Shown one piece after another: positions 1 to 13,319 of a stretch of 64,000 nt of DNA. Position 1 is the first letter of the stretch. Each line of letters begins with the position of its first letter. The DNA is taken from positions 13,578,001-13,642,000 of the forward strand of contig CM060732.1 of NCBI GenBank assembly GCA_030704615.1. Direction: 5' to 3'. The notes beneath the pieces were generated by a model. It was not told the DNA's origin, searched no databases, and worked only from the letters and a program-made list of their open reading frames with translations. Position numbers and translations under genes: made by a program. This DNA is from Takakia lepidozioides. Its lineage: Eukaryota > Plantae > Bryophyta.

Positions 1-881
1 TTTACTTCGTTCACGTTTTCAGGCATCATGGACTCCTGGAGGACATTGTTTCAGACCACGATCCAAAGTTTACAAGTAAATTTTGGAGGGCACTTTGGAA
101 GAAAATGGGGACGAGGCTCAAGATGAGCACGGCCTTCCGACCTACAACGGACGGCCAAACGGAAAGAGTGAACTTCATGGTGAAGCAGATCTTGCGGAAC
201 TATGTGTCAGCACACCAATCGGACTGGGTGGAGCACTTGGATGCGGCAGAGTTCTGTTATAATAATACAGATCACTCCGCAACGGGAGTTTCCCCTTTCG
301 TATTGGTCTATGGAAAAACACCTCTAGTGCCAACAAGTTGGGCCGCCCAGGACGGTGATGAGCCGGCAGCAACAGCGGTGCTGGAAGAATGCGAGCGTTT
401 GTTGGAGCTCGCAAAGTATAACATTGCCAAAGCTAGGAAACGGTATGAATGGCAGGCGAATCGGAAGTGGAAAGAAGTTAAATTTGAGGCAGGCACGGAG
501 GTCTGGTTGAATATCAAAAAAAATTGACTACCTCCGGAAGTGAGTCCGAAGTTCGTACCTCCGTATGCGGGGCCTTTTCGCATCCAGAAGGTTATGAATG
601 AAGATGTGTATGAATTGGAGCTGTCGGCAAACAGCAAGGTGCATCCAGTATTCCACGTTTCCATTTTGAAACCTTACTTCAAAGATGAAAATGAACCTGA
701 GTATGAGGTGGAGGCAGTGCTTAAGTGGAGGAGGTTCAAGAATCAAGAAATGGATTATCTCGTGAAATGGAAGGGCTATCATCAAGTAGATGCAACATGG
801 GTGCGTGCCTCACAAATGGGAAACGCATCCGAGGCGGTTGCAGCTTTCGAATGGCGACCTCAAAAGCGGAAGAAGCGTTGA
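1..881 (+). pseudogene. Ty3/Gypsy chromovirus pol 3' end: integrase core, GPF motif and chromodomain (frameshifted near 520)
   Basis: STAFRPTTDGQTERVN (integrase), PPYAGPF (GPY/F), VHPVFHVSILKPY, then EYEVEAVLKWRR..YLVKWKGY..DATW (chromodomain). Split over ORFs 105-527 and 540-881. Confidence 0.93.
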
Positions 882-904
882 TGGGGACATCAACCTTGGA
901 TCGT

Positions 905-2504
905 GGGGGAGGAAATGCATGCTTAGTCCGGCTTAGCTAGCTCAGGAATCCGATTGCAAAAACTTGTGTTGTACAAAATTTTGTTTATAAATGAGATGGT
1001 TTCCAAATGTTGTGCTGCCTATTTTGTTTGGAATGGTGATGCATGGTATGGTTGGCTAGTGTGTAGAATGCATGCTAGCTTACAAAAGTGGGAGAGGTAA
1101 TCGTGTGTTTGCGCAGTACCGAAATCGGGTGACTCCCATCTAAGGGGCAAAGAAACTTGCGCCTTTTTTGGGAGTTCACGTGCTAGTGCGCACCTAGCGT
1201 ATGCGCGTACTATAACTGCACTACCGAGGGGGTTGTCTTGTAATGCGGGCTAACGCGGAAGCTACGTGCTTCCTTTCACGTACTATAATCGTGTAGCCTC
1301 GGGACGAAGTCGTAATGCGGCTTTGACGTGTTCCCGTGCCTTAGGCCAGCATTCCAATGCAGACCCAATTATAGTGATTGGGATGCACGATTGGTTCAAG
1401 GTTATCTTCCTAGTCAAAAAAGGTTCAAGGTGAACCTTTGCTCAAAGTGATGCCAAAAAGCGGCATCATGAGCGGTCGCAAACAATGTTGTTGCAGTAAG
1501 GCGATGCGATCCTCGGGGAGGATCGTTCCTTGGCCTTAAAGTAGGCCAAGGATAGTGCACTGGGTGGAGCTTGAGAGGCTCCACCTTGGCTGGGACTTGG
1601 AGGAAGTCGGCCGAACTAGCTAGTAGAGAATAGAGTCAAGTGGGGGTTTGGTTCTTTGTCATGGGATGCCATGGTACGGAAACAAACTCCTTGATGTGGG
1701 ACGCCACAACTTGGATGTTAGTTTCCACAAAAAGGGACAAGTCGATGAGGACATCGACTCCTTATTGGTAGGGTTGTGTCGCGGCCATTTGCCTTGAGGG
1801 CAGGGGATTGGGACACAAGAGGGGCTGCCCCTGTGGTGGGGGCAGTGGCAGCAAATAGGAAAGGGGGCTGAAGCACCCTCGAGTGCCAAAGGCACTCCAG
1901 GAGGCGGAGGTGCTCACTAGGTGGAGCCCCGCAAACCGGGTGGCGGTGGTGGGGGCTCACGAGGGGTGGTGGTAGCATAGGGAGTCGTAGTGGGGGTGGC
2001 ATAGGACTCACCATGAGGCTAAGGCCTTGTGGTGAGAGTCGTGGGGAGTCTTGGGACTCACCACGGTCCATTGGGGCCATGGTAGGTGGGCCAAGACTCA
2101 CCACGGCTCACCACAGGGACAATCGAGGGTCTAAGTGGTGGTGCACCAGATTTGGACTTGGCTACTTGTGGAACCCCCGCAGACACCTACAGAAGTATAT
2201 ATAGGGAATAGTAACCTCGAGAACGGTGCAAGCCCGTTGGTGACCAAAAACTAGTGAGTAAGAGTTCGAGCCGGAAAGCAACCAAGGTGTGGGGAGCTGT
2301 TCCGGACTGCCATCTACCAAAGGGAATTTCCACTGCTCGCCCAACAGGTCGAGGGTCGAGTGGGAGTGTGAGGGGGACCGTTATGCCTCGGTGAGCAGCC
2401 GAAGCTCCGAGTTGGCCCGGCGGCCAGTTTGGAAGTTAGGCGCGCGCATCAAAAGCGAATAACTATTACTTGAAGGGGAGTTTACCGAAGTGAGGTGCGC
2501 GACA
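905..2504 (+). mobile_element. Polypurine tract (905-915) and probable 3' LTR (916-2504) of the chromovirus
   Basis: GGGGGAGGAAA lies just after the pol stop and is followed by TG. The segment ends ...GTGCGCGACA at 2504. The 5' LTR is outside the window, so the boundaries cannot be confirmed. Confidence 0.6.
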
Positions 2505-2745
2505 GATGGGGTACGACAAGAAAGGCGACGGAACTCGCAAAAAACGGTTCCGGATGGGAATCAAGAAATAAAAATGATGGCAGGGATGAAGGAAGACGAA
2601 AACTCATTCTACCACCATCAGGGAACTTCATGGAAATTGTGCAACACTGCAATGGCCACAATGTTAATTGGGCGGGCATGATGAGAAACAATGTTTTGAG
2701 TGAGATACGCAGGGTGTAGGATATGGGCAGCAGGAAGAGATGCCA

Positions 2746-3288
2746 TGTCATGCACCTTATAAGCATCGTGCCACGACATATATCGTTGTCCACCACACAT
2801 TCTAAGCACACAATCCTAGAAAGTTATGCCACAATGATAAGAGATGATAAATGGGGGAAGTGGAAGACAATGAACACTCTCCAAGCATGAAGCAATCACA
2901 TTAAGAACAAACAATAGTCCTTCCAAGTGAAATCCACTCTATCACATCAACTAAGTCAAGCCAAGGGTACCTTTGCTAAAGGAATCCACCCTACAAAGTC
3001 CTCAATACACTCCATCTCAATACCTCTGAGCTATGGAGGTGAGAGAGGCTCATGAGGCTCCACTACAAGAAGATGAGCCCTCCTCCACCCTCACAAGGAG
3101 AAAATCCCTCCCCATGTCCCAAGTAAGGCTTGACACCTCACTTGGCATATGAGACCAAATGAAGTTCCAACACACCAAATGCAAATATAAATATCCAAAA
3201 TGTCCTAGTTAACTAGAAATAGGTAATTCTAGTTAACCATGACTAAAACCATGAGAGTTGTCGTGCACCTAAGCATCGTGCCATAACA
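2746..3288. mobile_element. LTR-like segment with a ~30-bp direct repeat at both ends
   Basis: Starts TGTCATGCACCTTATAAGCATCGTGCCACGACA and ends TGTCGTGCACCTAAGCATCGTGCCATAACA. TG...CA termini; no TSD found. Confidence 0.45.
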
Positions 3289-4420
3289 AGTTCATACATC
3301 CTCATCTTCATTCCACATCCGAGGGGCTTCCTTATCCACCCTTGTCAAGTACTCCATGCAGTATAACATAGCCTCTTGCAATGCATACCCCTCCGCCATG
3401 CTACCTCCGGGTGCGCCATTTGTCTTACATGTGCTTTCAAAGTCTTCATGTAACGCTCAAGGTAGTACATCCACCGAGAATGAACGGGGCTGGCAATGGA
3501 AACCTCTTCCACTAAGTGCACTACCAAGTGCACTTGGATGTCAAAGAAGGAGGGAGGAAGGTGCATCTCCAACATACACATTATCTCCGTTGCCTCCTTC
3601 TTCATGCGTGGAAAATCCGCTTCCTCCAACTCTTTGGAGCAAATCCACCGGAATAAGCCTCCCAATCTATAGATTGTCTCGCGAACCTCGGGAGTCAATA
3701 TCCCACGTATTGCAATGGGCAAGATGTCTTGCAATAGATTCTGGTAGTCATGATACTTCAAACCATGGACCCCGTCTTCGTTGAACTTCATACGGAGGGA
3801 TGACCCATAACCAGTTGGTGTTCGGACAACACCTATGGTGGCTATCACATTCTTGTATTCCTCCTTTGTCCATTGCCAAGGTGCGCACTTTTTGTCTTTG
3901 CTAATGTGGCGGGATGTCTACATGACTTACTGTTTGCTCGGGGCTGAGCACCAAAGGGTACCACGCATGCCTGCATTGTGGCGATGAACTTGATGCACAA
4001 AGCTCCCGCAATCTTTGCAAGATGGTGTATCCCAACTACCTCTTCCTATGAGCCATCGTTGGAGAAGAAGAGACAAACACTTGTTTGATGGAAAAGAAGA
4101 GTTACGTCCCCCCCCCCCCCCCCCTGTGACACCATCCGGGCACTTTTGGGAAGACCGATGGAAGGAGGCCCATGCAAAGGTGTTCGGTGAAGTGGATGTG
4201 CCCGGCATGAAACGGCTTTCAATCTTCTACAAGTTGTCATATTGGGCGGTACATATTCCACAAAAACACCATCAATATTGCTATGCATGCATGTGATATT
4301 GCATGTTTTGTATGATTTCCATTGTCACTTTCACGACAAAAATATGCGTGTAAGAATTTGTGGGTGGGGATATATTTAGGACCTGAAGATTTGTCATCTT
4401 CTAGATCCCATGCATTGTGG
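3289..4420. pseudogene. Rearranged CACTA/En-Spm transposase fragment (DUF4218-like part on minus, upstream part inverted on plus)
   Basis: GLKYHDYQNLLQDILP..LEMHLPPSFFDIQVHL..PVHSRWMY on minus (3345-3848) is closely similar to 34360-34930. 3890-4420 matches 35120-35640 in the opposite orientation. Confidence 0.88.
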
Positions 4421-4479
4421 TGTGAAAAGACGGGCCTACGCAAAATGCCCTAGTTACTAACCTTTCACCTACAGCTCAT

Positions 4480-4715
4480 GTTCATACCCGTTACCTGCTG
4501 CCCTGCAGCAGAAGAGAAAAGGAAACAGGAACGGTTCCTTCAATTCATCATCAGAGTTGTTTAAGACACCAAGTTCATACCCGTTACCTGCTGCCCTCCA
4601 GCGGAAGAGAAAAGGAAACAATAACGGTTTTTTCACGTCATGACCAAGTTGGTAAAGATATCACGTTCATATTCGATACCTGCTGCTCTGCAGTGGAAGA
4701 GAAAAAGAAACAGGC
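4480..4715. repeat. Tandem repeat, ~93-bp unit x3
   Basis: GTTCATACCCGTTACCTGCTGCCCT..GAAGAGAAAAGGAAACA recurs at ~4480, 4573 and 4665. Confidence 0.85.
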
Positions 4716-5487
4716 TCGGTCACTTTAAATCGACGGAAAGCAATTGCATATGCCAGTAGCTTGTCGTGGCCGGTACAACAAAATCACCACGAAGGGATGC
4801 ATTCCCATGAGATGTCATCATTCACTAGCACACAGTATTTTCCTCTTCACCATGAGGCCACAGGATGCATTCAGCCTCTATCTCTCCATGCTTCCTCCTT
4901 TTTTCCTCTCTCACTCATCATCCTCATTTGTCTAGCCTTCAAGTAGAACCAACAGAAACTGGTCCAGCACCCTAACGCCACACATTTGCTGATTGCACAC
5001 CCAAGAGCAACTAGGAATCAAAAAATTAACACCTTTCCATCATCAGCAGCTCTAAGGTATGAGCTAGCAATCTCTTTCTACATCATGCAACTACAGAAAG
5101 TGGAACAGATCAGAAATCTCCCAAGTGTGCACGCATTGGAAACTCAAAATAGAGAATGTGATGCCCACTGCCTATCTGCAGTGGGTAGAATCCAGGTCTA
5201 GACATCATCTTTCTCCTCCTCTCAGATTTGGGCAAAGCCAGCCCATCCTACTTGCCACCTTCTCTCATGCATCACCCTACAACTTAACCTCCATATCACC
5301 TTTCTCTCACAAAACCAAAATAGAATCAAAACCAGGAGAGTGTCATCCCTACAGCTCAATCACTCCCCCTCTAGTATCGTCCCTTTCATGATCACCCACA
5401 ATTCCCCATCTCTCTCCTCCATCTCTACCTTCCACGGAAAGTCGAGTGGTATCGTAAGTGCCACAATCCGGTGCCACCATTTCATGT

Positions 5488-5850
5488 ATGTCCCTGGAGC
5501 TCTATCCCTTGATCGTAGAGAAGGTGCGAATCATCCTCGAGCTAGAGGCAAAACTGAGAGCCAACGTACAAGTTGCACAAAGGGCACAAAGGAAGGCTTA
5601 TGCTCAAGGTAAATTAAGAGGGAAGTCGTTACCTGAGCTGGCTGAGGGGACACTTGTGATGATGATCAAACCTGGTAAGAAGCGAAACCTGGAATCCTCA
5701 TGGGAAGGCCCTTACACTTTTGTGGGCTATGTCGACAAGCATCACGATGAAGCGATGGGAGAAGGAGAGCGAATCTGCAAGCTGGTGGATGGAGCAGGAA
5801 AAAGTTGGAATAGATCACGAGGAGACCTCAAATCAATTCATGTCAAGTAG
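5488..5850 (+). pseudogene. Gypsy-type integrase C-terminal fragment
   Basis: Coiled segment AQRAQRKAYA followed by GTLVMMIKPGKKRNLESSWEGPYTFVG (GPY motif). Confidence 0.6.
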
Positions 5851-7248
5851 CTGACGCGTTTGGCCGGGGACCTGCCAATCAAATTTGGGAGTACTTACAG
5901 CTGTAGGGCAAAAGCAAGTGATAGAAAACAATGGCGGGAGCAAAGCAACAAGCAGTGAACGATGGCATGGAGCGGGACCTGAAAAGCAAAATTGGCTAAG
6001 TATAAAGATGATGCAGCGAGAATTTAGGGTAAAGGGATGGATGCAGGATGATCAGTGTTTTTCATTCAAATTGTCAGTGATGGATGAAAATGGAGAACAG
6101 ATGGAGAAACAAGTGAAATTCATACAACGGATGGAGAAGAGGATGAAAACAAAATCTTGAAATACATTCATCTGTTTGTCAACGGATGGAAGTAGGGGAT
6201 GAAAAGTGAAATCAGGGATGAAAATTTGACAAAGGAATTTAATTGTCAGGTTGACTATTTGAACCCTAAAAATGGCAAATTAAGTTATGATCGGCGCACC
6301 GTATGGGCAAAGGGATGGTTTGAGACCAAACTAAGATCGAGGAGATGAGGATGAAATTAATGTAGCCTCAATTTTATGTTTAGGTGGGGTTAAGGCAAAG
6401 GGGGATAATACCCGGCCTTGTCGTGACATTCCACGATGAAGAATCTGATTTAAATTCTCTGTTTGTAGTATATTATGAGCCCATGTGGGCAGTCAGTGGT
6501 GTTGTGTGGTGAAGAAGGAGAGTGAGCACGTATAAATGAGAGCTCTAAGACGTGGACACCCTTCAAATTCAAGTGGATGAATTGATCTCTGGCATAGAGA
6601 AGCGCCAACAATTGGAGGTCCACGAGGCACAAGCTAAACCGGACTTGCCTACAGGAGCTACAGCATCACAATCACCTAAGGTAACATCTGTGGATTTGGA
6701 CACTCAAGTGCAAGACACTCAACTTGCTGTCTGGAATGAACCATTTGTACCACCACAGACTTTTGCTTCTGGCAGGCCTATAATGATGCTGTACTTCTAC
6801 CTCTTGGGCAGATTCCCCAAGTCATGGAAATGGCTTGGATATATTTCTCACCTGTGCAGTCATTGGGGCAATATTACCACATCATGCGTCATTGGTTGCC
6901 ATTGGCAACAAGGCATAGAGTTTTTGATGCGAACACACAGTTGGAGGATCATGTCTTTGCTCAGTGCTGGCACGGCGCAAGTGACATGATGAGGGAGTTG
7001 TTGGCATTCCAAGTTATTCATGGTCTGGTGTCAACCAAAACCAAGGAGGCAGCCAGCATTGTCATGGGATGTGGTACTTACTATGCAGCCTGTTTTCTAC
7101 TCAGATATCAGATTGAGCGACAAACAATGCATCAAAGGTATCTTTCTTTTTCCAATGGACCTCAATGGCAACTGCCTTTGCCTCCCCAGTTCACATATCA
7201 TGATGTCAGACTCATGCTTCAGCATGACACACAGCTCAGGTCTTGGTT

Positions 7249-8336
7249 TCAGCATGAGTCCCTCTGAGTCTCAGTATCGTCACTCATCGAATCTGTCTCA
7301 GAAGCAGAGTCTTTGGAATGCAAGTTTCTCTCATACCATACTGAAGCATCATCCGCCGCCCTCTCACGTAGCAATCGGCAATTGGTATACACATATACCA
7401 ATTTTTCAACCCTCACGGGATTCAACCTGTTGCAAATCTTTTGTGAACAAATGAGTAACTGCTCCAATTGCGTTTGCAAGATGAGACAGAGCACACTTGG
7501 GCAAGAATACGCCTTGAATGTTCTTGCTCCAGCTCCAATCAAATCCCACCATTCATGTGGCAACATGTTAAGCTCTTTCAGATCCGGCATGTCCTCGAAA
7601 GGGTCGCGGCAATCTGATAAGCATTGGTACTCGGATATACTCTCTCTGCCATGTTCAAAGGAGCCAGTCGCATGAGCACCCGTACGAGATCGGCCTTGGC
7701 ATCAGCGTCGTCTTGGAGCATGGTATTGTCGAGCAAGAAAGGATTGAGCAAAGCCCTGCATAATGCAAGTCCATTCGAACCATCGACCGACGATCGTAAA
7801 ATGCATTATCAGCACGGTCCGCAAGTTCAGGTTCCAAGGAGAATGGATGATGCCTCAGGGATTGGACACGCTTCTCAAGATTTTGCATTAGTAACCATGC
7901 CTTGCCCATTACTGGTTGTTTTCCATCAAACTCCCGCAAGATGATTAGCACCGGCTCTACCATACAAACAAAGTTTTCACATTTCTTTCAGAAATTCCGA
8001 ACCTTTCGACTTTTGCCCAATGACTTGTTTTTTCTCGAGTCCCACAACGTCCATGTGTACGCCTCCCATTGAGGATCGATGATGGTGTGCTCGAGACTAC
8101 TCTTCACCGTCACCAACCGATCCACCATCAAGAAGTTAGTGGCAAATGGGTTTCGCCTGGATTTCGGAGGCCGTATTTTGGTCCATGCCTCCTATATATT
8201 GCCAAAGGGATGTGGTGTGTGCGGATGAACGACACAACGGTCTTCGCTCGCTTGACAAGTTGTTTTACCCACTGTTTTTTTCCCCAATCTTCCCAAAGGA
8301 GGTCAAGGATATGAGTAGCACAGCCTTGATAGTACA
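7249..8336 (-). pseudogene. hAT transposase, 3' part (CxxH motif to dimerization domain), frameshifted
   Basis: QGCATHILDLLWEDWGK, EPVLIILREFDGKQPVMG, HEWWDLIG, NRLNPVRVEKLVYVYTN. Confidence 0.9.
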
Positions 8337-8515
8337 CCAACGACGCAATGGCGTGAGCGTTGCACGTGAGCGCGCGAGCGCGCGAGCGTACGCTCACGCC
8401 AGCTGACGTGGCGTGAGCCTGCACACACGCTGACGTGGCGTGAGCGTCATGTCAGCATGCTGATGTGGCGGTAAATGATGACGTGGCACTGTCCGTCAAC
8501 TGCCACGTCAGCATT
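8337..8515 (+). repeat. Left TIR and subterminal GCGTGAGC/TGACGTGGC motifs of element 1
   Basis: CCAACGACGCAATGGCGTGAGC..CACGTGAGCGCGCGAGCGC aligns with the reverse complement of the right end, CCAGGGATGCCTCGGCGTGAGC..CACGTGAGCGCGTGAGCGC. Confidence 0.85.
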
Positions 8516-8963
8516 AACATGCGCCGCCTATAACCGTGGATGGTCCTATGACCGTGGAATTAATGCAGGGAATCTTGCCTAAATAGAATCAAGACGAGCG
8601 TTGAGGCCTACAATTGCAGCATCCAACATTGTGCAATTACAAATGCTTGTTTCACTTTTACAATTACGAAGACGACAAAATATCCTCACAAAGTGTGCGC
8701 CATAAAGGCTGCCACGAGAAGACTTCCTCCCTCCTCAAATAACAATGAGAGTTATGATCATCTTCAAAAGATGATTGTAGTGCATAGCGACAACAAGACA
8801 TGTAGACTTCGAACGGTGCAATGACAAATGTGCACTACCTAAAAGTTGTCACTCAGACCTCACTCCGTATAGTTGGAGGCCATATCATTGCACAGCCGAC
8901 GAATTGATGTGAATTACACATTTCAAATCATGGTCATCCACATACCACATTACATAGTTCATG

Positions 8964-11900
8964 CTACCCATGTGTTGTATCCCGCTGCAAAAGAGTATCG
9001 ACCTCGTTGAAACTCATAGTGGCCTGGTGAATGAAGTTGTCACGTTTGGGATCGCAAACCATCCTCCTTAAAAATATGAAATACAAATGTTTGCAGGGTA
9101 TGAATTTACCTCTCTTGCCCAAACTGGTTGATAGCATATTCACAAAATCAGGACATGTGCAATTGGGGAAATTGGAAACCGTGATGTCGTAGGTCCTGTC
9201 ATGAACAGCAGATGTGGAAGTGATGATTGTGAATACCCGACCATATCCTGGATCGGGTACTTCCGTGGTGCTTCCGACACGAGCTTGGAGCATTCTTGCG
9301 GACTCCACTTTGCCAAAGTGTTCAGCGGTTGGAGGGAAACGCCGAACGAGCTTTCCATCTCGTTTGGTTGGCCACAAGTCAGGATTTGCCGGGGGGACCC
9401 GGGAGGACGCAGAAGTAGTAGCACATGCATGGAGTTGGGGTTGTCTCGCAAGGGAAAAACCTGCCTCCTCCAGCATTTCAATCTCCTGAAAGCTGAGATG
9501 TGTTCCCACCTTCACGGGCCAAACGGTTGGAGGAGATGGCTTCATCACTACGGAAGGACGCACAGTTCCATGCACACATCTGGCACAATCATCTGCGCAG
9601 AACCAGAACTTGTGGTTCTTGGCTTCTGGTTGACCGTATGGACGCATCAAGCCCGTGAAAGTCGGAGCAGGAGTTCGGGCACCACCTCTGGATATAGATG
9701 AAGTGCACTTCTCGAAATTAGTTGCCCTGATCGCTGTACATTTCACACGAGACCCGACACTTGTGCGTTCTATGTGCCAAACGTGGTCGGGGCATGCGGA
9801 CTCAAGCACATCAAGGGGGTTGTTTCTCTCCTGCACCATTTCAGTGGCACGGTTTGATGCTGGAGCTTGCCGTCGTGTTGGAGGTTCCTCCACAATGGAG
9901 GTCCCGGACATGGAGCTGTCATGCAGGGGAACACGAGGCTTCGAGAAGTTATCACGGTCTGCCCTGTGGGAATCTGAATCCGAACCAGGTGGAGTGTTCA
10001 ATTTCCTCTTACAGGAGCCGAATCTCTCCTCCCCTTCAAGATGTGGAACTCTAGAAACAAGTGGCGTTCCCTGGGCATACATGCTCACCGCCCGTGCTAT
10101 CTTGATTGGATCCCCAGATCTGTTTGCAGCACGCAACATCAACTCCCATTTGTCCGGACCCTTGCCACCAACCCCACCTCGTAAGAAATCACGGTATCGG
10201 GTTTGTTGTTGCAAGGCACGTATCAAATCATCTGTTGTTGCCACATACAAATCCCGACCTCGTTTCCCAGACTGCTGCAACCATGCATTGTGCACAGTTT
10301 CTGCCAAATTGCAAGATGGCATGTCCGCCATTTCCTCAATGGACATGTTCTGCAAAGAGGATAACCACACTTCAGAATAGTGCACAGGAAACAACATAAA
10401 GAAAGCAATGAGTCAAAAATATGGAAAGCAAATGTATGAATAAAGCATGAAATAGAAGCCTCGTACCATTGTCATGGCTGCTCCCCACTGTCTATACCGG
10501 AAGTGCCAAAACGCCAGCCAATCTTCCAATGCTCTCATACTCTCAAGTGATGCAGCTCCAGAAGAGAACCACCAGGCACGAATTGTCTGGAACAAAGTGT
10601 CCGCCTCCTTCATTGTTCTAGCATCTTTGTACTCTTTGCACAATTTACGGTGCTGAGTCTGCATCTCTGGTTTGATGTCCGACTTTGTATGTTTTTCCAG
10701 AGATTGTGTCCAATGGAATAGACATGTACGCTCTCTTCCTGGCATAGGCACTTTTGGGTCGCCCGATCCGAAGACAATACGAACAGCATTGAAATTTGCT
10801 TGAGCACTATCCGCCATGAAACCTGCGAAATTTGGAGATGGCAGCCCATGACACGTATCAGGGAATTCCACATGAGCTTCTGGGATTCCGTATCCTCGGA
10901 TTGCATGTCACAAACTGCAATTGTCATAACTCGTTGGTACACTGGATCGTAGACATGACAAGCCATTGTCGTCCAATCCTTCACTCGTTTCACATGATCA
11001 AACATAAGAAAACAGTTCTGCAAGTCCCCAGTCTTCTGCATCCGCTTCACGAGGCTAACCCCACTGCCCTCCCCAACAGTCGACATTTTGAAAAGAAAAA
11101 CTTTGATGGCACCTTGACCTGGGAATACATTGTCCTGGATGTAATCGTACTTGCTCACTCGTTTCAATTCCAAAATATTGTCTATGTAGCCTCTGATCCC
11201 AGAGCCCATTCTCAATGCATTGATCTGATGCCGAATGTTAGGTGAACTTAAAGTGGAGAAATGATCCATGACCAGGTCCAATGCTGCACCGTCAAGTTTA
11301 GTCCCCACAGAATCTCCTTCACTCAAAATATGGCTTTCCAAGAAGGACTTGCTTGCGCCAAGAGCAATTGCAGATGTTGTTGCGGATGGGTTTCTCCCGA
11401 ACTCCTGTTTGATCAACCTCGATACTGTCTCAACACTCTCCCTGTAATCCCCCTTCGAGACAGGATGGTTATGGAATCCAAAATGCACACAAGCTCTCGT
11501 CATTGTATTCAAACGGTGGACAACATAGTACATTCTTGCTCCGCAGAGCGCCAAGCAGGATGGCACAAGTTTGCAGAATTTGCAGACGAAAGTGTTTGCC
11601 GGTGGAGGGGCAGTCCCAGGCTGAAATGGATTTTCGGCCAGACCCTCCCATTCGCTTTGATTATGAACCCCAGACTGAAGAAAGTGTCTGCAATTCAAAT
11701 TATCACACCTAAGGTGTCCATTGCAAACTGTCCTCCTGAAAACAAGCTTGTCATCATTCTGAATATTGGATGTTTTTGTTCTGCACCACGGGTGCCCGTC
11801 GTGTTTCTTGTCCATTCCATGCATCATGATTGTTACACCTCCAACTCGCGGAGGAGGAGGCAGCTCGAATAGGATATCGCCATCAAAAGTCTCCGGCAAG

Positions 11901-12466
11901 AACTTCACAGGCACCTGCTTCAAAGATTCCCAATCAATTCCCCGCAACTCACTTTTGAATCCAGCCATTCCTCCCATCGCCCGCAATTTTGGAATGACAC
12001 TACAAATCTCTTCTTCATCAGCTTCTGCAACCACAGTTGGAAGGACTGGATTTGGAATTTCACTTATGTCATCATCGGAAGAATCCGAAAGCTCAACGAT
12101 TGGAGTGGAGGAAGTCTGTTCTTTTTTCACCACCACCTCCCTCTTGTCTTCAACGACCGAAGCAGCAGTCCCGGGCGTCACATATGACCCAAGGGACTTT
12201 CGCCGAGGCTCTCCAAGTACTCTGTATCGACCAGGACGCACTCTCCACTGGCTGATATGAGCCGTCTCATCACGGTTTTGGAAAGAATATTTCACCAACT
12301 TTTTCAGATCGTAAACCTCTTTCTCCAAAAAGATGGAGCCATTCTGCAGCTGAAAACGGGTAGCCAAGACATGTTCCAGAACAATTGCAAATCCATTGTC
12401 AAGGACTTCCTGGGAGAACGGCACTGGTTTGTCGTCTGAGAAGAACTCCGCTTCAGAGGAAGCCAT
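8964..12466 (-). CDS. Mutator-type transposase with GCM-like DNA-binding domain and SWIM finger; intron 10466-10350, one frameshift near 10850
   Basis: DGHPWCRTKTSN..RRTVCNGHLRCDNLNC..C..C..HFGFHNHP (GCM-like). MFDHVKR (D1), FMADSAQA (D2), CLFH (CxxH), CNLAETVH (E), CTCPDF..PCKH (SWIM). A phase-0 GT-AG intron joins ..AMTM to NMSIEE... Confidence 0.88.
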
Positions 12467-13319
12467 CTTCCTTCCTCGAGTATGTTTGTACCTTGCTATC
12501 GCAGATCTAGTGTAAATCGGTTTACTGCTGTCTCCAGAACACAGTTGAAGAATGAGCAGAGAATATGGCGGAGGAAGCTCAGATAACGACTGTGCATATT
12601 CTGTTATTCATTCCAGATATGCAGCCGTCCATTTTAATTACTTTTCTTGTGGGCCCAGTGGTCAGAGTATCCCTAGGGGCAGTGTCGGCAACTGTTAAAC
12701 CGTTAATCAGAACCTCATCAATAAACCCAATAACAAAGCCGACTTCCTGGAAGCATGCCACAGGATCTGAGAATGGGATTGCAGATTAAGTAAATGTATC
12801 TATATACTACTACCAATGATCATGCGCACCTGGAAAGTTCCAAATGTGAAACGAATGTGGGGTTGGCTAACAAGGATGACCGTGTATGATATTCCAAAAT
12901 TTGTCATCAAACTCTCGTTCATTTATATTTATTTGTTTAAGACTGCGCATCAATTTCTGGGATTCGCTGTTCTTTTTAAATATTGAACCCGTTATAATAA
13001 AGAACACGCCGTTTTTTTTGGGCGGCACACGTCAGACATCCATAACTGAATACGAACAGCTGTACACCAATTGCTGGCATGTGCACTAATAAGGAAACGA
13101 CTATGTGTAACGGTCACGCGGGAGGGAATCCGATGCTTCTAGAGACACGCAAGAACGCAGGCAATCCCGCAAGAAATCGGGAGTCACTGCGTTTTTCTAC
13201 TTTTCGCGCTTAGAGGGAGAGTGGTAGTCAAGCTGGAGAGGGTTCCTTCTAGAATACGAAAGAGAAGAAAGTCTCTTTATTTTACTTCCCTTAGAGAGAG
13301 ACGCAGAGCAAGAGAGAAA

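Noticed and set aside
6552-7267. Possible host gene from ORFs 6552-6989 and 6824-7267
   Set aside because: No recognisable domain, frameshifted, and embedded between transposon fragments; no product can be supported.
9140-12439. Numerous overlapping plus-strand ORFs (e.g. 9655-10380, 11261-11872)
   Set aside because: They are antisense shadows of the transposase with no recognisable motifs.
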